Assembly (NCBI GenBank): GCA_037917685.1 | Contig: JAVCBU010000003.1 | Span: forward strand, 144,264-208,263 | Length of the DNA stretch: 64,000 nt | Source of the DNA: Thermoproteota archaeon | Lineage (GTDB): Archaea > Korarchaeota > Korarchaeia > Korarchaeales > JAOZGB01 | Direction of reading: 5' to 3' | Position numbers and translations under genes: made by a program | In this document: in pieces, positions 54,618 through 62,705 of the stretch | Position numbering within the stretch: the first letter of the stretch is position 1 | How the letters are laid out: each line of letters opens with the position of its first letter | Notes under the pieces: generated by a model | Database searches by the model: none | Told to the model about the DNA's origin: nothing | Seen by the model: the letters and a program-made list of their open reading frames with translations, nothing else

Positions 54618-55874
54618 TTAAGCTGGGTGTTTTACCAGTCTCCTGTAGCCTAGCACACCTATTAGGTAGGCTACCGCTGCCCCTGCCACTACTGGGGGGA
54701 GTGATGGGAGTATCTCCTGTACACTGGCCCCAAATACGACGGCTTCCCTTACGGATTCTATAGCCTTTGTGAGGGGGAAGAGTCTTGCGATGATTCTTAG
54801 GCTCTTCGGAAGGATAAACTCTGGGATTATGAGTCCTGTGAAGAACATTAGAGGCCACGTGATCACGGTGGCTATTCCGCTGGCTCCTTTAACTGTCTTG
54901 GCCACCATTGAGATGATAAGCCCGCAGCCAATCATCATGATACCTCCTAGGAGCAGTATTAGAGCCGACAGCATGTGGGCCGGGTTCAAGGGGTTAAATG
55001 TTATGTCAGCGTTATGTACTAGTACTCCGTAGACTATGCATGAGGCTGCGGAGATCAGTAGGGAAACTATTTCGGCCAGGGTTTTTCCAATGAGCACTTC
55101 CCATGGGCTGACGGGCGCGGAGAGGAGCCTTGCAAGTGTACTTTTCTCTTTCTCTGCTATGATCGCTGTTGAGGCTCCAATCATGCCTGAGAACATGAAC
55201 TGCACGCCGATCATTCCAATGGTGTACCATCCTATGATCTTCTCCCTTGTGGCCAGTGATTCAGGCACAATCTCCTCTATCACGTATTTAATTGGCTTGG
55301 CGATACCCTCCAAGTACTCCTTTATCTGTGCAACTTCCACTTCCTCTTCGGATACGTAGTTTTTCATCTCTTGCATTGCAATTTTAATCCTATACTTGCT
55401 GACGTCTTCATTTATTGCCGTTAGGAATCCGTCTATTATGCTTTTTACGACCTGCTTCTTGTTGATGTCTCCTGCAGCTATGTACACCTTAACGGTTGCT
55501 GAGAGGCCTCTAGTCATGTTTGCTGTGAAGCCTTCTGGGAAGATAAGTCCAAGGTCAGCCTTACCGCTTTCGACTTCTGACAATACCTCGTCGCTACTGT
55601 TTAGAATCCTAACCTTGAAGAGGGGTTCCCCTCCAATGCTCGCCAGCTCCATGACCCTCCTGACAAGTCCAGGGCCGAGCTCACCGCTGAATCCCTCCTC
55701 TGAGAACATCACAGCGTTAAAGGTCATTGGTTTACCGTCTTTCGGTATCCATAGGACTGTGGATAGCGTTATGAACATCAGTGGGAACACTATAACCCAG
55801 AACACTGTCATCTTATCTCTAAAGGTGTGCCTTAAATCCTTCAGGGCTATACCGAGAACTGCTCTTAGCCTCAT
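54618..55874 (-). CDS. ABC-2-type transporter permease
   Basis: 418 aa. N-terminal TM, a large extracytoplasmic loop and five C-terminal TM segments. There is a 4-nt overlap with the ATPase gene. Confidence 0.75.
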   Translation of the reverse strand: MRLRAVLGIALKDLRHTFRDKMTVFWVIVFPLMFITLSTVLWIPKDGKPMTFNAVMFSEEGFSGELGPGLVRRVMELASIGGEPLFKVRILNSSDEVLSEVESGKADLGLIFPEGFTANMTRGLSATVKVYIAAGDINKKQVVKSIIDGFLTAINEDVSKYRIKIAMQEMKNYVSEEEVEVAQIKEYLEGIAKPIKYVIEEIVPESLATREKIIGWYTIGMIGVQFMFSGMIGASTAIIAEKEKSTLARLLSAPVSPWEVLIGKTLAEIVSLLISAASCIVYGVLVHNADITFNPLNPAHMLSALILLLGGIMMIGCGLIISMVAKTVKGASGIATVITWPLMFFTGLIIPEFILPKSLRIIARLFPLTKAIESVREAVVFGASVQEILPSLPPVVAGAAVAYLIGVLGYRRLVKHPA

Positions 55875-56797
55875 TCTCTCAACCTCCTACCTGTTAGCTT
55901 TATGAAAACGTCCTCAAGGGTTGGCTCCGTGATATTAACGCTTAAAACACGGGAGCCTGAGTCTAGAACAGACTCTACAACCCTCGGAAGTATAGGGTCG
56001 GGATCCCTGGTATAAAGCCTTATGACATCATCCTCTACCATGGGCTCCTCCTCAGAGTATTGCTTCAAAGCATCCAGCAAGCTTTCAGACCGGGCTACAA
56101 CCTTAAGCTCTATAACAGATAGGTCTCCGAGTCTTCTCTTAAGCTCGTCGGGGGAGTCCATGGCGATTATTCTGCCCCTGTCCATGATGGCAACCCTGTT
56201 GCATAGGTAGTCGGCCTCCTCCATGTAGTGGGTGGCGATCAGTATAGCTCTCCCCTCACTTCTTAGTCCCTTAATCAAGTCCCACATCTCCCTCCTTATA
56301 GCCGGGTCAAGCCCTGTGGTTGGCTCGTCGAGAATCACGATTTTGGGCTCGTTAATCAGGGATGCCGCGAGGTTAAGCCTTTTCTTCATCCCGCCAGAGA
56401 ACTTTTTAACCCTGATGTCTGCCTTGTTTTTGAGGCCTATAAGCTCTAGAAGCCTTGCAGCCCTCTTCTTAGCCTCCCCACCCGGGATGTCGTAGAGGGA
56501 GGCGTAGAACATGAGATTCTCCCATGCCGAGTGGTCATCATAGACAATACTCTCCTGGGGGCAGTAACCTATGAGACGCCTAGCCTCAATACTTCTAGGA
56601 TTATAGCCGCCGACCCTAACCATGCCCTTGGACTCTTCCAGTATCCCTGACAGGATGCGTAGAAGCGTGGTTTTACCAGCTCCGTTTGGCCCTAGGATAC
56701 CGAATATCTCTCCATACCTGACTTTGAAGCTGACCCTATCAAGAGCCTTAAAACCATTGTAAAACATGGTCAGCTCTGAAACCTCCACCGCGTACAT
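55871..56797 (-). CDS. ABC transporter ATP-binding protein
   Basis: 308 aa. Walker A GPNGAGKTT, signature FSGGMKKRL, Walker B IVILDEPT. Confidence 0.9.
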   Translation of the reverse strand: MYAVEVSELTMFYNGFKALDRVSFKVRYGEIFGILGPNGAGKTTLLRILSGILEESKGMVRVGGYNPRSIEARRLIGYCPQESIVYDDHSAWENLMFYASLYDIPGGEAKKRAARLLELIGLKNKADIRVKKFSGGMKKRLNLAASLINEPKIVILDEPTTGLDPAIRREMWDLIKGLRSEGRAILIATHYMEEADYLCNRVAIMDRGRIIAMDSPDELKRRLGDLSVIELKVVARSESLLDALKQYSEEEPMVEDDVIRLYTRDPDPILPRVVESVLDSGSRVLSVNITEPTLEDVFIKLTGRRLRE

Positions 56798-56926
56798 AGT
56801 ACATCAGCAATATATAGTGATGTGCTCTAAATAATTGTACCAAATACTCTGTAATGCAGAGATACTTTGAAACCATGGAGGCTGAGTCTCCACGTTTAAC
56901 GCGTAAATTGAAATGCCAGGCCTACG

Positions 56927-57634
56927 ATGGAAAACTCTAAAATATTCAGCCGGGACTTGTTGTCTGTGGAAACTGGGGACTCGGAGCTTGAAGATCTTAA
57001 ACGGTTACTGGAGAGCCTCCGCTTCCTAGAGAGATACCTCCTATTCATATCGATCAGGGAGGTCTCTCTCTACTATTTTGGCTGGGCGATAGCTGTGATA
57101 ATCGGCGGCACTGCATCAGGCCTCATATGGGAGGCTTTTCAAGGTGGAACCATCACCACCGCGTCTATAACAATCTTATGGGTGTGTCTCGCCTTTATAG
57201 TCGGGTTCCTGTCACGCAGAGCCTTTAAACACCAGAAAATATACATACTGTCAAGGCTACCACGGGAGAAGAGAGACCAGTATTCTCTAAGGTTTAAAAA
57301 GATAAGCCGTAAAATCGGACTTGCATGGGCATCGCTATCTATAGCTCTATACCTAATCGGCATCCCCCTACTTTCAAGGATGATTCCCATTGAAAGAGCT
57401 ACCAGCTTTGTAATACTTGCATTTGTCGCATTGGGAAACATAGCAACATACTATTATAACCGGAAAGAAAAGATTCCCCTGCTTGTCGGAATAGCTCTCC
57501 TAGCAGGTAGCCCTGCTATATTCGTATTGAGCTTGGGCTATGTGTACCTGTATATGACGCTTCTAATATTCGTTGTATACATGCTTGCAGGAATAGCGTA
57601 TCTGAACAAGGCAGACAAGGTACTGGGGTTCTAG
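56927..57634 (+). CDS. hypothetical polytopic membrane protein
   Basis: 235 aa with about 6 TM segments. No family recognised. Confidence 0.45.
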   Translation: MENSKIFSRDLLSVETGDSELEDLKRLLESLRFLERYLLFISIREVSLYYFGWAIAVIIGGTASGLIWEAFQGGTITTASITILWVCLAFIVGFLSRRAFKHQKIYILSRLPREKRDQYSLRFKKISRKIGLAWASLSIALYLIGIPLLSRMIPIERATSFVILAFVALGNIATYYYNRKEKIPLLVGIALLAGSPAIFVLSLGYVYLYMTLLIFVVYMLAGIAYLNKADKVLGF

Positions 57635-57635
57635 G

Positions 57636-57962
57636 TTGGAAGCCATCAGAAAGCTTGCAGAAGCTTCGAAAGCAAACCCCTTGTTAGCTCAGCCCACCAG
57701 GCTGTCAATAATGCTCATTCTACTTGTTAAGGGAAGCGCTCCTTTCACGGAGCTCCAGAAAATCCTAAACTTGACACCTGGAAACCTTGGAAGCCACATA
57801 GAAAGACTTGAAAAGGAAGGATACGTTATTCGGAGGAAGGGCTTCAGACTATTCAGATACATAACCTACATAAATATAACCGAGAAGGGGGCTGTGGAAA
57901 CGCTGAGCTTCATCTCAGACTTGAAGAATGCTATTGAAAGCCTCCCCCTAAAACTGAAATGA
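57636..57962 (+). CDS. winged-helix transcriptional regulator (ArsR-like)
   Basis: 108 aa with QPTRLSIMLILLVKGSAPFTELQKILNLTPGNLGSHIERLEKEGYV. The start is adjacent to the stop of the upstream membrane-protein gene. Confidence 0.65.
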   Translation: MEAIRKLAEASKANPLLAQPTRLSIMLILLVKGSAPFTELQKILNLTPGNLGSHIERLEKEGYVIRRKGFRLFRYITYINITEKGAVETLSFISDLKNAIESLPLKLK

Positions 57963-57988
57963 TCATGTCGGTATCAACACCATTAACA

Positions 57989-58010
57989 TTTTGTGTTATT
58001 GCAAAATATT
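57989..58010 (+). promoter_or_regulatory. 22-bp promoter/operator motif, copy 1
   Basis: TTTTGTGTTATTGCAAAATATT is identical to 58330-58351. It contains TTTTG...CAAAA symmetry and runs into an AT-rich TATA-like box. Confidence 0.6.
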
Positions 58011-58329
58011 TTTATCCCGAGAGAGGCATAATCTATATGATCATAAATGTGCAGGTGGAGGGGCTACAGAGGTTGGAGATGCTGGTATACGCCTTGGCTG
58101 TTTAAACCATGCTGGTTGCCTTTCTACATATCTCCTTCATATTACGTTTATCCAAGGCTCGGATATATATGGCCGCCCGGCTGGAGGTGGTTAGTGTGGA
58201 ACTTATGATTACACGGCTGTTCTATTGGTCTAATGTCACCTATATAATCATCCTGCATCTGATAGCTTAATTAGAATTGTCTCCGGTCATATGATTTGCG
58301 GATTTCGGTGTGGATCAGCTCCAAATATG

Positions 58330-58351
58330 TTTTGTGTTATTGCAAAATATT
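58330..58351 (+). promoter_or_regulatory. 22-bp promoter/operator motif, copy 2 (upstream of the NifX-like gene)
   Basis: Identical 22-mer ending 35 nt before ATG 58386. GGAGGGAG lies just upstream of that ATG. Confidence 0.6.
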
Positions 58352-58385
58352 ATATTTTCCCTATACCATCTGATATTGGAGGGAG

Positions 58386-58724
58386 ATGGTTAGGATAGCG
58401 GTGGCCTGTAAAGGCACCAAGGGTTTAAATGATAATGTCCACGAGACCTTTGCACATGCCCCCTACTTCCTCATTTTAGACATTAAAGATGGAGAAATTG
58501 TTAAGACGAAGACCATGGAAAACAGCTTCCTAAAGTATGAGTATGGGGTCGGACCAGCTGTATCTATTAAGCTAGTGGAGATGGGTATCAACGTTGTCGT
58601 AGGCTCAGAATTCGGGCCAGGCGTTAAAAACATACTTCAGAAAGAGTCAATAACCATGGTCGAAGTAGAAGAGGGTACCACGGTCAAAGATGCCGTTAAG
58701 AAAGCTTTAAAACAGTTAATATAG
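58386..58724 (+). CDS. NifB/NifX-family small protein
   Basis: 112 aa with MVRIAVACKG...HETFAHAPYFLILDIKDGEIV...VEMGINVVVGSEFGPGVKNIL. Confidence 0.7.
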   Translation: MVRIAVACKGTKGLNDNVHETFAHAPYFLILDIKDGEIVKTKTMENSFLKYEYGVGPAVSIKLVEMGINVVVGSEFGPGVKNILQKESITMVEVEEGTTVKDAVKKALKQLI

Positions 58725-58786
58725 CTGTGTAGTCAGCAATCCCTAGCCAAGCCCGAAACCTATCCTCTCCGATTAAATTATTTTAT

Positions 58787-58827
58787 TTTAAGTATCAATG
58801 TAGCATGATTTTACATTGATACTTAAA
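58787..58827. promoter_or_regulatory. perfect 16-bp inverted repeat with a 9-nt spacer
   Basis: TTTAAGTATCAATGTA (58787-58802) and TACATTGATACTTAAA (58812-58827), lying 10 nt upstream of ATG 58837. It could be an operator or the terminator of the upstream gene. Confidence 0.5.
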
Positions 58828-58836
58828 CGCTTTAGT

Positions 58837-61149
58837 ATGGCGGAGAGGAACCTTGCTCTTATGGTTCTCTCTGTCTCTTTTACACCTTTATCCACCATCG
58901 GCCTCCTAATGTTTAGAAGAAGTCGCAGTAGGCCTGGAAAAGCGTTATACCTCCTCATGTTTCTGGCAGGTCTGCCAATTGGTGTGTTCTGGTTTCTTAA
59001 AGTGGGTTGGATTCTCGGCCTGCCTACACTATATTGTTCAATTCTCATATCCTCGTACACGAGGAGAGAGCACGGAGCTGCCGCTGAAGCTGAGGTAGAG
59101 ACTGGTTTAAGGAGGATAATGCTTCTTCCCTTTGACTATTGCCTTAAAACAGCAAGTCTTGTTATGGACTATCCCCTGTCACTTGTCTGGTCAATGCTTA
59201 CTTTTGGGTTTCTCTGGCCTGCCTCGAGCCTTGTCCTTCGAAGAAGCCGAAAACCCAGCTTAAAGGTAAGGATGGTATCATTCCTATCCTTCATTGGCAT
59301 CGTACTGGGCCTCCCGGTTGGAATATTATGGTTCTTGAGGGTTGGCTGGCTGTTATCCCTGGCCACTTTACCTGTTTTCTCCTCAATCTCCTCTATTTGG
59401 AGATATAGGCGGTCACGCCCTCGCGTAGAATTAGAGAGAGTAGAAGCTCCTGCTAGACGTGAAGTCGAACTTAAGCTGGAAATCCCATCCTACCCTTGTA
59501 AAACCATATTCTATCTCCTTTTTAGCTTGCATATCTTGATTCTTACACTTGTTCAAATGGGGACTTCCGGTTTCCTGAATCCAGATAACGCTTATCACGT
59601 GTTAATAGGCAAGATGATAGGAGAGAGGGGGTATTTCCTTTGGGATTGGGTTCAGTTTGCCCCTGCTGGAAGACCTCACTTGTACCCTCCCCTCTTCCAT
59701 ACCATTATAGCAATTGTTGGGAGAGCATTAGGAGGATCCCCGTGGGGATACATATATGGCAACCTGGTTGCTAGTCTTCTAATTCTGATACTTGGATTGT
59801 ACTCGGCATGGTATGTTGGACGTAAGCTTTACGGAGAGGTCGGCGGACTGGTTCTCTTCATCCTCGTTTCAGGGATAGGCCTGTTGACATTGTCCATGGC
59901 TATAGGCCTCCCCTCAGCTCTTGTCTTTATACTAGCGCCTCTGTCAGCTCTCTGGATGCTTGAAGGTAAGGATTTCTACTCAATCTTGTCGGCTACAGCA
60001 TCCATGTACAGCCATGTATCAGGATTAGCCATACCAACCATAACCCTAATTGTAAGCGGGTTTCTGTCGGGTAGGCTCAGGAAGGCGTTGAAGATAGTGT
60101 TTCTTTCCCTAGCCGCCTATGCGCCTTGGCTTATAAGACTAATCATATTCAGAGAGTGGTTTTCGGTTCCAGAGCATGACATACACATAGAGTGGAACTA
60201 CTACCTTACCGCGCTTACCATACCTGGAGTGGCAATTTCGTTAAGAACTCCAAGAAGGTATCCCGTGCAGCTTGGCTATCTGTCATCATTGATACCCGTC
60301 TTCCTAACATATCCTGGTAGGGCCATACTTCAAGGAAGCTATGCCTACAGCCTGTTTGCCACACTAACAATCATAACATTGATTAAACTGCTCAAGAAAC
60401 ATAGAAAGAAGATACTGTCAACAATCTTACTTATAACCTACCTGTTCCCCCTAGGAATCTCAACACCCGCCTTCGAAATATACCTGCTCACCCATCCTAA
60501 GACCCTTTCAAAGTCAGACTGGAGGGAGGCTGAGGTGGTAGCATTGGCACTTCAAAACATAACAAGGCAAGGGGAGGTGGTGCATTTTGAAAAGCCTTAC
60601 TTCGGCTGTGCCGTTGCAGTATTCGCAAATATAAGGTTGGACTCAGGGGCGTGGGGCGAAGTTGCCCCGAAAAACACGGGCGCTATTATAGGTGAGAATG
60701 TCCTGACAATTGTAGCCAAACTCGACGTTGAAATTCCCCGTTTCTTTCAAGACTTCTTCGTTGCAAGCTATGCCTCCGGTGACTATTGGATAATAAGGTT
60801 AAACCCTGAAGGCTCTATAAACTTGTCAGAGGCGCTTCCCATGATCATCGATTCATGCAGAACCGCGGCCCAGCTGCTTAAATCAAACCATACCCTCGCA
60901 GTTGTAGAGCTTAAAAAGCTTGAATTAGCATTCGCATCCCTTTCCCTATACTATGTAAAGAGAGATCCGAATCTTTCAAGGACACTTTCAGAGATATCTC
61001 AGGGGATATCATGGCTAATACTAATACTCACGGAAGACTGGGCGGAGGACTTGAGAACCCCGGAGAAAATAGGAGAGTTCGCTACAATGTTAAACCAGCT
61101 CGCAGACAATGTCGAAGTTAGATATAGAGAGCTGCAGGTGAATCCATAG
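58837..61149 (+). CDS. large polytopic membrane protein, putative GT-C-fold glycosyltransferase (ArnT/PMT-like) with a duplicated N-terminal extension
   Basis: The ORF is open from 58816 (TTG); I prefer ATG 58837. FLNPDNAYHVLIGKMIGERGYF...AGRPHLYPPLFH resembles the first-loop acidic motif plus the KPPL-type motif of GT-C enzymes. More than 12 TM segments and a soluble C-terminal domain. Confidence 0.4.
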   Translation: MAERNLALMVLSVSFTPLSTIGLLMFRRSRSRPGKALYLLMFLAGLPIGVFWFLKVGWILGLPTLYCSILISSYTRREHGAAAEAEVETGLRRIMLLPFDYCLKTASLVMDYPLSLVWSMLTFGFLWPASSLVLRRSRKPSLKVRMVSFLSFIGIVLGLPVGILWFLRVGWLLSLATLPVFSSISSIWRYRRSRPRVELERVEAPARREVELKLEIPSYPCKTIFYLLFSLHILILTLVQMGTSGFLNPDNAYHVLIGKMIGERGYFLWDWVQFAPAGRPHLYPPLFHTIIAIVGRALGGSPWGYIYGNLVASLLILILGLYSAWYVGRKLYGEVGGLVLFILVSGIGLLTLSMAIGLPSALVFILAPLSALWMLEGKDFYSILSATASMYSHVSGLAIPTITLIVSGFLSGRLRKALKIVFLSLAAYAPWLIRLIIFREWFSVPEHDIHIEWNYYLTALTIPGVAISLRTPRRYPVQLGYLSSLIPVFLTYPGRAILQGSYAYSLFATLTIITLIKLLKKHRKKILSTILLITYLFPLGISTPAFEIYLLTHPKTLSKSDWREAEVVALALQNITRQGEVVHFEKPYFGCAVAVFANIRLDSGAWGEVAPKNTGAIIGENVLTIVAKLDVEIPRFFQDFFVASYASGDYWIIRLNPEGSINLSEALPMIIDSCRTAAQLLKSNHTLAVVELKKLELAFASLSLYYVKRDPNLSRTLSEISQGISWLILILTEDWAEDLRTPEKIGEFATMLNQLADNVEVRYRELQVNP

Positions 61150-61500
61150 TTAAATAGGGGCCTGCACCGTTTAAGATCTTCTATAGTTTCCATCCACATT
61201 TTAGTAGCCTTGAAGCCTCTTCTACGGCTAAGTCTATGTTCCATTATCTTAGCTGTAACGAGCTGCACGGCGTCCTCAAAGTCTAAACCATATTTCCAAC
61301 AGGTCTCCCCTATTTGAGTGTTCGAGTGCTAAGCCCTTATCCTCTCATAATTTCCCTCTCGAATTGTACTGTTCTCGAGTTTAAACGTACTGCTGAGAGT
61401 TTGTGTAGCATTCCGCCCTAGCACTTAATATGCCAGCTGATTCGCCTTTTCGGTGATGTGACGATGTAAGGTCTACGATGGGTAAGTCTTCTCCTACGTG
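61150..61500 (-). pseudogene. PIN-domain (VapC-like) relic
   Basis: Fragments in three frames: VGEDLPIVDLTSSHH..., LENSTIREGNYERIRA*, and ..GETCWKYGLDFEDAVQLVTAKIMEHRL... It lies directly downstream of a UPF0175-like antitoxin gene. Confidence 0.45.
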
Positions 61501-61501
61501 T

Positions 61502-61744
61502 TTAGGAGACTACAGGGATCTTCGCCTTTCTCAACAGTTTCCTGAACACGTCTATAGGCATCCCAGCTATCTTCGACGACAATCTTATGTCTCCGGTTTC
61601 CACGTAGTATTTTAGGGCTGCTCTGGCTTTTGGAGGCTGCTTTTCGATGAATTCCCAGTCAGCCTCCTCCCTCCTAATCCTCCTAGCCTCCTCCTCAAGC
61701 CTCACCCACCAATCAAGTTTCTTCTTATATTCTTCTGATCGCAT
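61502..61744 (-). CDS. UPF0175-like antitoxin, copy B
   Basis: The ORF is open to 61795; the likely start is Met at 61744 (MRSEEYKKKLDWWVRLEEEARRIRREEADWEFIEKQPPKARAALKYYVETGDIRLSSKIAGMPIDVFRKLLRKAKIPVV). Confidence 0.55.
   Translation of the reverse strand: MRSEEYKKKLDWWVRLEEEARRIRREEADWEFIEKQPPKARAALKYYVETGDIRLSSKIAGMPIDVFRKLLRKAKIPVVS
61590..61716. repeat. 127-bp perfect direct repeat, copy 1
   Basis: Identical to 62341-62467 (offset 751 bp). It encodes DWWVRLEEEARRIRREEADWEFIEKQPPKARAALKYYVETGD in both antitoxin genes. Confidence 0.9.
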
Positions 61745-62249
61745 CTTCAAACTCACCTCTTGGGAATCTGTGTCCTGTCTCCCTTTCATACTCATAGAAT
61801 ATTGCAGCTGGATCTTTAAATGCTACTAGCCTTCTCCTCAAAATCTCAGATATGATTTCCAGAGCCCTCCAGACTCTCACATGACTGTACTCTTCCAGTA
61901 GGCTTGCAGCCATTAGGGCACCCCTATTCTCGGTTAACACCGTATATCCCCTCCTCCTACCAGCTGCAAGGCACATCGCTTCTGGCATGTCAACCCCCCT
62001 GATGAATGGGGTAAGCCTCGTCCTTTCCACTATAGATCTTGCCTCTTCGATTATGTCTGGTGTCTCTGTGAAGAGTGAGAGACTCCCAGCAGCCATAGAG
62101 CTTGCTATCCATTCAATTACGTTCCCGCTTTCTACTTCCCTAAGAACCCTTTCAGGCACGAAGACGGTAGTAAATAGTTTTAGAAGGAGGTCTCTCCTCC
62201 TCCATGAGGACCAGTCGATTAGGAAGCATGTATCTGCTATCGCAAACAC
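61725..62249 (-). CDS. PIN-like nuclease-domain protein (DUF3368-like toxin partner of UPF0175)
   Basis: 174 aa with MFAIADTCFLIDW...VFVPERVLREVE...PEAMCLAAGRRRGYTVLTENRGA. Confidence 0.5.
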   Translation of the reverse strand: MFAIADTCFLIDWSSWRRRDLLLKLFTTVFVPERVLREVESGNVIEWIASSMAAGSLSLFTETPDIIEEARSIVERTRLTPFIRGVDMPEAMCLAAGRRRGYTVLTENRGALMAASLLEEYSHVRVWRALEIISEILRRRLVAFKDPAAIFYEYERETGHRFPRGEFEDAIRRI

Positions 62250-62252
62250 GTG

Positions 62253-62474
62253 TCACACCACATTTGGGATTTTAGCCCTCTTCCTTAAACTATTAAATCC
62301 TTCAACTGTAAGCCCTGAAATTCTCGCTGCCACGTACAAATCTCCGGTTTCCACGTAGTATTTTAGGGCTGCTCTGGCTTTTGGAGGCTGCTTTTCGATG
62401 AATTCCCAGTCAGCCTCCTCCCTCCTAATCCTCCTAGCCTCCTCCTCAAGCCTCACCCACCAATCAATATCCAC
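62253..62474 (-). CDS. UPF0175-like antitoxin, copy A
   Basis: 73 aa with ..ALKYYVETGDLYVAARISGLTVEGFNSLRKRAKIPNVV. The stop lies 3 nt before the PIN-like gene start. Confidence 0.6.
   Translation of the reverse strand: MDIDWWVRLEEEARRIRREEADWEFIEKQPPKARAALKYYVETGDLYVAARISGLTVEGFNSLRKRAKIPNVV
62341..62467. repeat. 127-bp perfect direct repeat, copy 2
   Basis: Identical to 61590-61716. Confidence 0.9.
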
Positions 62475-62659
62475 TTCCCCTCAACAAAGTAACAATCTAA
62501 ACTCGAATATAACGCTTAGCATAATATCGGTTTGGAGGACGGCCGCTGTAAACAGGGCGGGTATAGAAAGAAAATATTGTCCGTAGATTGTAGCCTCACT
62601 CGGCATCTACAGGTCTCCGCATTAGGGCTTGTGAGCTATAATGACAAGTAAGACGTAAG

Positions 62660-62691
62660 ATTTTAGGCGTGTGATTTAAATTTTAGGCGTG
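62660..62691 (+). promoter_or_regulatory. 12-bp direct repeat x2 flanking a TATA-like box upstream of the MinD-like operon
   Basis: ATTTTAGGCGTG occurs at 62660-62671 and 62680-62691 (20-bp period), with GATTTAAA between. The TTG start is at 62706. Confidence 0.5.
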
Positions 62692-62705
62692 CCTAGAATC
62701 CATGC

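Noticed and set aside
54487-54858. 123-aa minus-strand ORF overlapping the ABC permease 3' end
   Set aside because: It is an alternative frame of the permease region extending into the intergenic hairpin. It is Pro/Arg/Ser-rich with no motifs.
57991-58194. 67-aa ORF (MCYCKIFLSRERHN...)
   Set aside because: It starts with a non-ATG codon inside the duplicated 22-bp promoter motif and has an odd composition. I see no support for it as a gene.
58788-59366. Two minus-strand ORFs (90 and 65 aa) with similar sequences
   Set aside because: They are antisense reflections of the internal duplication in the plus-strand membrane-protein gene.
61647-62586. Plus-strand ORFs 61647-61829 and 62398-62586 with identical N-termini (MNSQSASSLLILLASSSSLTHQS)
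   Set aside because: They are antisense to the two UPF0175-like genes. Their identity simply reflects the 127-bp repeat.
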